From assembly GCF_000315625.1 (NCBI RefSeq), contig NW_005434669.1:469238-533237 (forward strand): a stretch of 64,000 bases of DNA, read 5' to 3'. Every line of letters starts with the position of its first letter. Within the stretch, counting starts at the first letter, position 1. The stretch is from Guillardia theta CCMP2712 (taxonomy: Eukaryota; Protista; Cryptophyta). Shown piece by piece: positions 58,801 to 64,000 of the stretch. The position numbers and the translations under genes were made by a program. The notes below the pieces were generated by a model that was not told the origin of the DNA, searched no databases, and was given only the letters and a program-made list of their open reading frames with translations.

Positions 58801-61800
58801 CTCTCGCTCTTCTCCTTTGCTTTCTCAAGGTCTTGGCATCGCTGCTCCTTACCGCCCAGCTCCCTTCTCAGCGCTGCTGCGTCCGAAGAGCTGCCAGACG
58901 TGTACACACTCTCCCTGCAGACAGTCAGCTGGGAAATTTCGCAAGCAACGGCAGAACCTCCTGGAGCCAAATGAAGATTCCTGCTGGACCCCTGCTCGAT
59001 GATAAACGGACATCCTCTTCCCTGAAGCACTCGACGCTTTTGAGCTGGTACATCTCGCCTGCTCTTGAAGCTCTTCGTTGGCATCTCGAAGTTCTTGCAC
59101 TGTCAACTGCAGATCCTGTGCAAAATTTGAGGCTGGGAAAAACCACCCGACCATGTAGGGGGAATAGGAGGTAGTTGGGGAAAGGGAGGAATACCTGTCT
59201 TTCGTTCTTGACCGAGTCCAAGCTCTCTTCCAAATCAACGATTCTACAGAACAGGTCAAGATTTTGCATCGAGGAAGACGGATATGCTGACCTTGACATG
59301 AGTTCTTCTTGTTCGGCCTGCAGTCGCTTGATGCTTCCAGTAGCACTCTCCATGTCTTCCTCCCACTTGACCTTCTCTCTCTCCCTCTGAAACTCTGACT
59401 CTTGGCTGTAACATTGAAATTTGAGCATAATGCAATTGAACAATTTCAAATCAACCTCGCATCTTTCGCTTCCTGCAGCTGAAGCTGAATGCCGGCCATC
59501 TCCTCCATCTTCTTGTTCAGCTCCTCTTGCAAGCTATGGTAGTCGACTTCATTCTGAGCAATCATAGCATGGGATGCCTCAGCCTCAGCCTATCATTTGC
59601 ATTAGAAAGCAAAGATTGCTTGATCGAGGAACATTGACCTTATAGCTCATGACACGGTCGACAGCAACATCATGGCCTTCCTTCAACTTCTCTGCAAGAG
59701 ATGTACTTGTGCCCTCAAGACTGAGCAGCGAGCTGGTAAGCGACTGCAAGAACTGATCTAGTTCGCCAAGTTGTTTGTGCAATTTTCCACGCTCAGCCGC
59801 TTCAAGCTTTTGATGTTGAACAAGCTGATCGTGAAGGTCTTGAACCTTTAGCTTGTTTTCATCGAGCTGCTGCTGCAAACGATCGCATTCTGCCTTCCAG
59901 TAAGCACAATCTTGAACAAGGGTCTCCATTTTTCGCTCGAGGTCTTCCTTCTTCACGCCTTCAGATTGAATGGTGTCACGAAGCTCAATAAGCATCTGAT
60001 CCTTCTTCTCAGCTTCTGACTTCAATTGCTCCACTTCTTCTCTGTAGACTTTGCATTGATTCTCAACCTCAGAAAGATCGGCCTGCAATTGTGACACGAT
60101 GGAACCTCCTTGCTCTTTCTCCTCCAACTTCACCATAAGCTTCTCTGCCTCACCCTTCCACTTCTCAACTTCCTGGCTTAGGGTCTCGATGGCAGCTTCT
60201 CCTACTTGCTGCAGCTCATCCTGCCGCTGAGTCGCAATCTGCTGGATATGATTCTTCTCGTTCTTCACCTCCTCCAACTGGATGCGGAGACTGTCTACAA
60301 GTGAAGAGAGCTCCTGGAATCTGTGACCCTCTCCCTCTTCCGAAGGAGAGGGACTCAACATGCGATTAACACTAGTAGAGCTCTTGGCATCAAAGTCAAG
60401 GTCTGACTCGTCGTTGCACAATGACATGTCATCATCCTGGCGAGTTGAACCATTCTTAGCGACAGTTCCTTCCCATTCCGCACTTTCATCTTCTTCTTCG
60501 ATGGCACCAGGTCTGATAGTCGATTTGTTGAACCCGAAGGAGTGCTCAGAGCTAGAAAATGAAGGGCACCAAGACTGCCTGTGGTTCGGCTTCGACTTCT
60601 TGCTTGTATCAGATGACATGCTGGCACCGCTGAGAATGACCAAGTCTTGCAACTTGGCGATCTTTTTTTCCTTCTCTTGCTGCGCTGCAATGAGCTCTTG
60701 CTTCTCTGACTCCAACGCAGCATTCTCATCCTGCAAGCTCTGGAGCTGATTGATCATCTGGCAGATCTCCATGTCTTTCTCCCCGCCAGCACTTGTGTAC
60801 CTCAGCTTCTTTTTCAAGCTTTCGATCTCCTTCTTGTATCTTCGGAGCAGCGCCTGATCATCGAGGACCTCGTTCACAGTCACTGTGTTCTTGATGGTCT
60901 TGGCTCTGGTGGCAAACTTGAGGGTGCTCAGCGTCTCCTCGGTGTGGACTGCTGCTGGTGTGATGGTACAGATAATCGACGTGCGTGAATTTCCTCCAAG
61001 AGCTCTTTCAAGGATTCGGGTCAACTTGCTATCGCGGTATGGTACGTGAGACTGTTCGCCTTCTGACAATTTGGCGATAACATTTCCAAGAGTCAACAAG
61101 CTCTTGTTGATGTTTGCTCCCTCCTTGAGCCTCGCTCCAGTAGCCTGTGTCTGAGATTGACGCTCGGAGCCTGCCAGATCGACCATGTTCAATTCTCCAA
61201 CCATAACAGCGCCTGAGGAATCAGATTTGTTCCTGCATTCGATCACCATACGGAAAATGGAATGTGATCTGCTCGATGCTTCGTTCATTTTGGTTTCGCC
61301 AACCTGTCTGTTCGCTGCTCCCTTGCTGATCAGCTCCATAGCTTGTTGTGCGTTTGCAATAACAGGCTCAGTGACATTGCCGACATAAACTCCTCCTTTC
61401 GGATTTGTGTGAAGTTTCAGATTTGAATTCTTAGGATTCAGCAAATCCGTGATGTTTTCATTGTAAATCTCAATGTATGAACACCGAACCAAAAATTCTT
61501 GGGAGTTGGCTCTCTGTAGCAAAAGTTGTAAGAGAGGAAAATAAGGAGAGGGTGACTTACATGCTTGATTTCATTGAAAATAAAAGATATGCCATGAGGC
61601 ACGATTCCGGGTTGCGACTCAGATCCTTGCATGGTATGTGTCTTACCACTGCTTGTTTGACCATAAACAAAGATGGTTCCTGTTTCCCTGAATCAGAGCA
61701 CGTCGTTGATCTTCAAACTTACCATTCTGGCCTTCGAGAGCTGAGAGTATGATTCCCCTCGCACACTTGTCATAAACATCCTCAGAGGTTGAGACATTGT

Positions 61801-62022
61801 CGAACACATTATCTGTTATTTTTTGCTGAGATCAGACACGAGGGTTTTAAGTTTTTGTGTCATACCGAAAGCAAATGAATATCCTTGGCCGTTTCGTGGA
61901 TTGTGTTCTGTTGGAACGACACTTTTGCCGTCTACCACTCGCCACGCTTCTCTCTGAGAACACTCCTCTTCCCTCTTATTCAAGGGTCGGACACGTACGG
62001 AGACACAGATATTTTCAGCCAT
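55893..62022 (-). CDS. CENPE: Kinesin-7/CENP-E-like motor with long coiled-coil tail, multi-exon
   Basis: [67 protein letters not shown], then extensive heptad repeats. Confidence 0.88.
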
Positions 62023-62207
62023 CCGATCTGTATACGTGCCTGATCAAACCAAATTAAGTGAGCCATTCTCTGAGATCTTGATTTATGTACAACTGCTTGC
62101 TGTCCTGTCCGTCGATCTCCTCTCTTCCCTCACTGTCTCTCTCTGTGACTCTGTCTCTGTGCTTGTGTCTCTGTCTATCTCTGTTCTCCTGTTTGTTTGC
62201 ATAGTGT

Positions 62208-62252
62208 CCTCCCTCCCTCCCTCCCTCCCTCCCTCCCTCCCTCCCTCCCTCC
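62208..62252. repeat. (CCTC)n microsatellite in the pyrimidine-rich region upstream of the kinesin
   Basis: Directly visible. Confidence 0.9.
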
Positions 62253-62469
62253 TATCTCTTCCCCCTTGCTTGCCATGCCCAACTTTGAAACGATCCCACA
62301 TTTCCCCGCCGATTCAAACTCTCTGTCCGTTGACCCCCTCTACTGTACTACCCCACCCTGTAAAAAGTCTGGAGTTTGCCTATCGAAGGACCCCTTCCCA
62401 GGGCCTATCGGCGGCGACATCGTCCACCCCACCGAGTCGACGGTTGAACACTCCGCCTCAGAACTATTG

Positions 62470-63230
62470 AGCCTTGAGCCGGGTCCGGCGGCGGGTGCCG
62501 CCGGGGGCCCGGGGCGCCGGATCGGTGACCGTCGGACGGTGGCATGATCACTACAGTACGGTACTGACTCAGTCTCGGTCAAGTTCGCGAGCCCCGGTCC
62601 GGCCTCGGAGCTGCTCAGTCATGATGCCGGACGGCACTCCGCGACCTGGGGCCGCCGGCATAGCCTGGCGGCGGAACAGTTCAACGGTTGAGTACTGCAG
62701 ACATCAAGTCGACGCCTCAGGCTTGCGGCCTAGTTGTAACAAGCGTGACAATTTTTACTCGGTTGAAGACTGAGTTTAATGCGGCACACAGCATCATGAT
62801 CCGACCAGACAGTCACGGTGACTGCTGAGAGGACCTTGGCAAGACGGCGCGGCCGCGTACGGTACTAGGCTACATGGCCGCCTTGAAGCGCGAAAGAGTT
62901 GTCTTGGTTTACGGGAGAAGTTTGTTAACTCGGAGGTATCATTGACTGGCCGCACTGCGCAGTGCGCCACTGCCGCGGCATCATCTGTAGTACGGCGGTA
63001 GGCGCGGCCCCCGGGGCCCGGCCCGCGGGCCCGCCCGAACGATCCGACGGATACCGAGTGACTCACAGAGTCACCGTACGTTGAGTCGCCAAGTGTGGCC
63101 GGCCGCCGGGCCGCGCTCCGAGGCTCTGAGTCTGCCCGGCCCGGGGCCGGGCCCGGGCAGCGGCGGGCGGCCGGGCGGGCGGCCCTCAGGCCGGAGTCCG
63201 ACGGTCCAGATTGCCAAGTTGACTCGATCC
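62470..63230. repeat. GC-rich quasi-palindromic island in the divergent kinesin/kdsB intergenic region
   Basis: CAGTACGGTACTG and GACTCAGTC hairpins, GGCCCCCGGGGCC and GAGTGACTCACAGAGTCAC. Confidence 0.75.
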
Positions 63231-63254
63231 GCCCAGTCATCTTCCTCAGCCTCC

Positions 63255-64000
63255 ATGAAGCTCCTGCTACTCTGATACGGAGACTTGCAGCCTGTTGTCT
63301 TGTCTTGCTTGTCCCTACTTCATCCTCATCCTCATCCTCATCCTCATCCTCATCCTCATCCTCAGCATCCCGTCGCTCTCATTCTGTCCTCCTTCCCATG
63401 TGTTCTTCGCTGAATTAGAGCTTGTTCCTGTCTCTATCATCTTCTCATCTTTACTTGGGGACTACGTATGGAATGCGTCCCATCACTCTCTTGCCAACGA
63501 GAGCACTTTCAACCCTCGGAGCACATGCTGCCGTCATTATTCCTGCTAGAATGGCGTCTAAACGGTATCATGCTATCAATTTCTTTCATTTTTCGTGGGA
63601 TTTTGTTCCCATCCATCAATTCGAAATGATGCTACCCTGCTAAGGTTTCCCGGCAAACCGCTTGCGTTGATAGGAGGGAAACCGCTTGTTCAGAGGACAC
63701 TGGAGTACAGCAACACCTGTGGGGTTTTGAGCTTGTGATGAACACTGCAGGAGAGTGAAGAGGGCTAGACATGTTGATGAAGTGTTTGTTGCCACCGACG
63801 ATCAGCGGATTGCAAATTTGATTGAAGGGATAGGTGCAAAATGTGTAACCAAGTGATGAAGTATGCAAGTTCACAGGCTGAATGATTCAACGCCAGGTAT
63901 CATGACAAGCCATGAGTGTGAGTCGGGGACTGAGAGAGTCAGGGAAGCTTCGCAGCAGCTGAGGTAAGAACCCGATGCTTTCTCGATCTGATTGACAAGG
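63255..64000 (+). CDS. kdsB: CMP-Kdo synthetase (3-deoxy-manno-octulosonate cytidylyltransferase), intron-containing, runs off the window end; start uncertain
   Basis: Spliced AVIIPARMASKR|FPGKPLALIGGKPLVQRTL..VDEVFVATDDQRIA..VIMTSHECESGTERVRE. Confidence 0.85.

Noticed and set aside
56197-59174. Long plus-strand ORFs opposite the kinesin (and antisense ORFs of other genes)
   Set aside because: Shadow ORFs of the Glu/Lys/Leu-rich coiled-coil coding strand.

Overview
This is gene-dense eukaryotic nuclear DNA with many short (~45-60 nt) spliceosomal introns. Bipartite plastid leaders (signal peptide + ASAF/SEAF/ASCF) and a ciliary gene point to an alga with a complex red plastid, most likely a cryptophyte (Guillardia/Hanusia-like; inference). 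About 25 genes are supportable: ABC1 kinase, a LamG/Cys-rich multi-TM receptor-like protein, PC4/SUB1, V-ATPase F, a plastid PDZ protein, EFHC/Rib72, calpain-7, DUF1118, a beta-helix protein, a tandem-PAS protein, COMMD8-like, a mitochondrial-carrier-family protein, RNFT, Sec5, CENP-E-like kinesin, KdsB and others. There is also a 5'-truncated CRE-like (RLE) non-LTR retrotransposon. Three signals are not explained by these genes. (1) A dispersed family of micro-insertions shares one fixed end (TTACTCAAAGTTAAG...), is variably truncated at the other end (9-53 nt), and several copies carry 8-10 bp target-site duplications. (2) Almost all 5'/divergent intergenic regions, and no convergent ones, contain GC-rich quasi-palindromic islands that look built by repeated templated or snap-back insertion; several micro-insertions lie in or beside them. 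(3) Three small intronless paralogs share a WVxxLF helix, a SILK-like motif and an RVxF motif, making them candidate PP1 regulators. Exon boundaries were read by eye, so gene spans are approximate.
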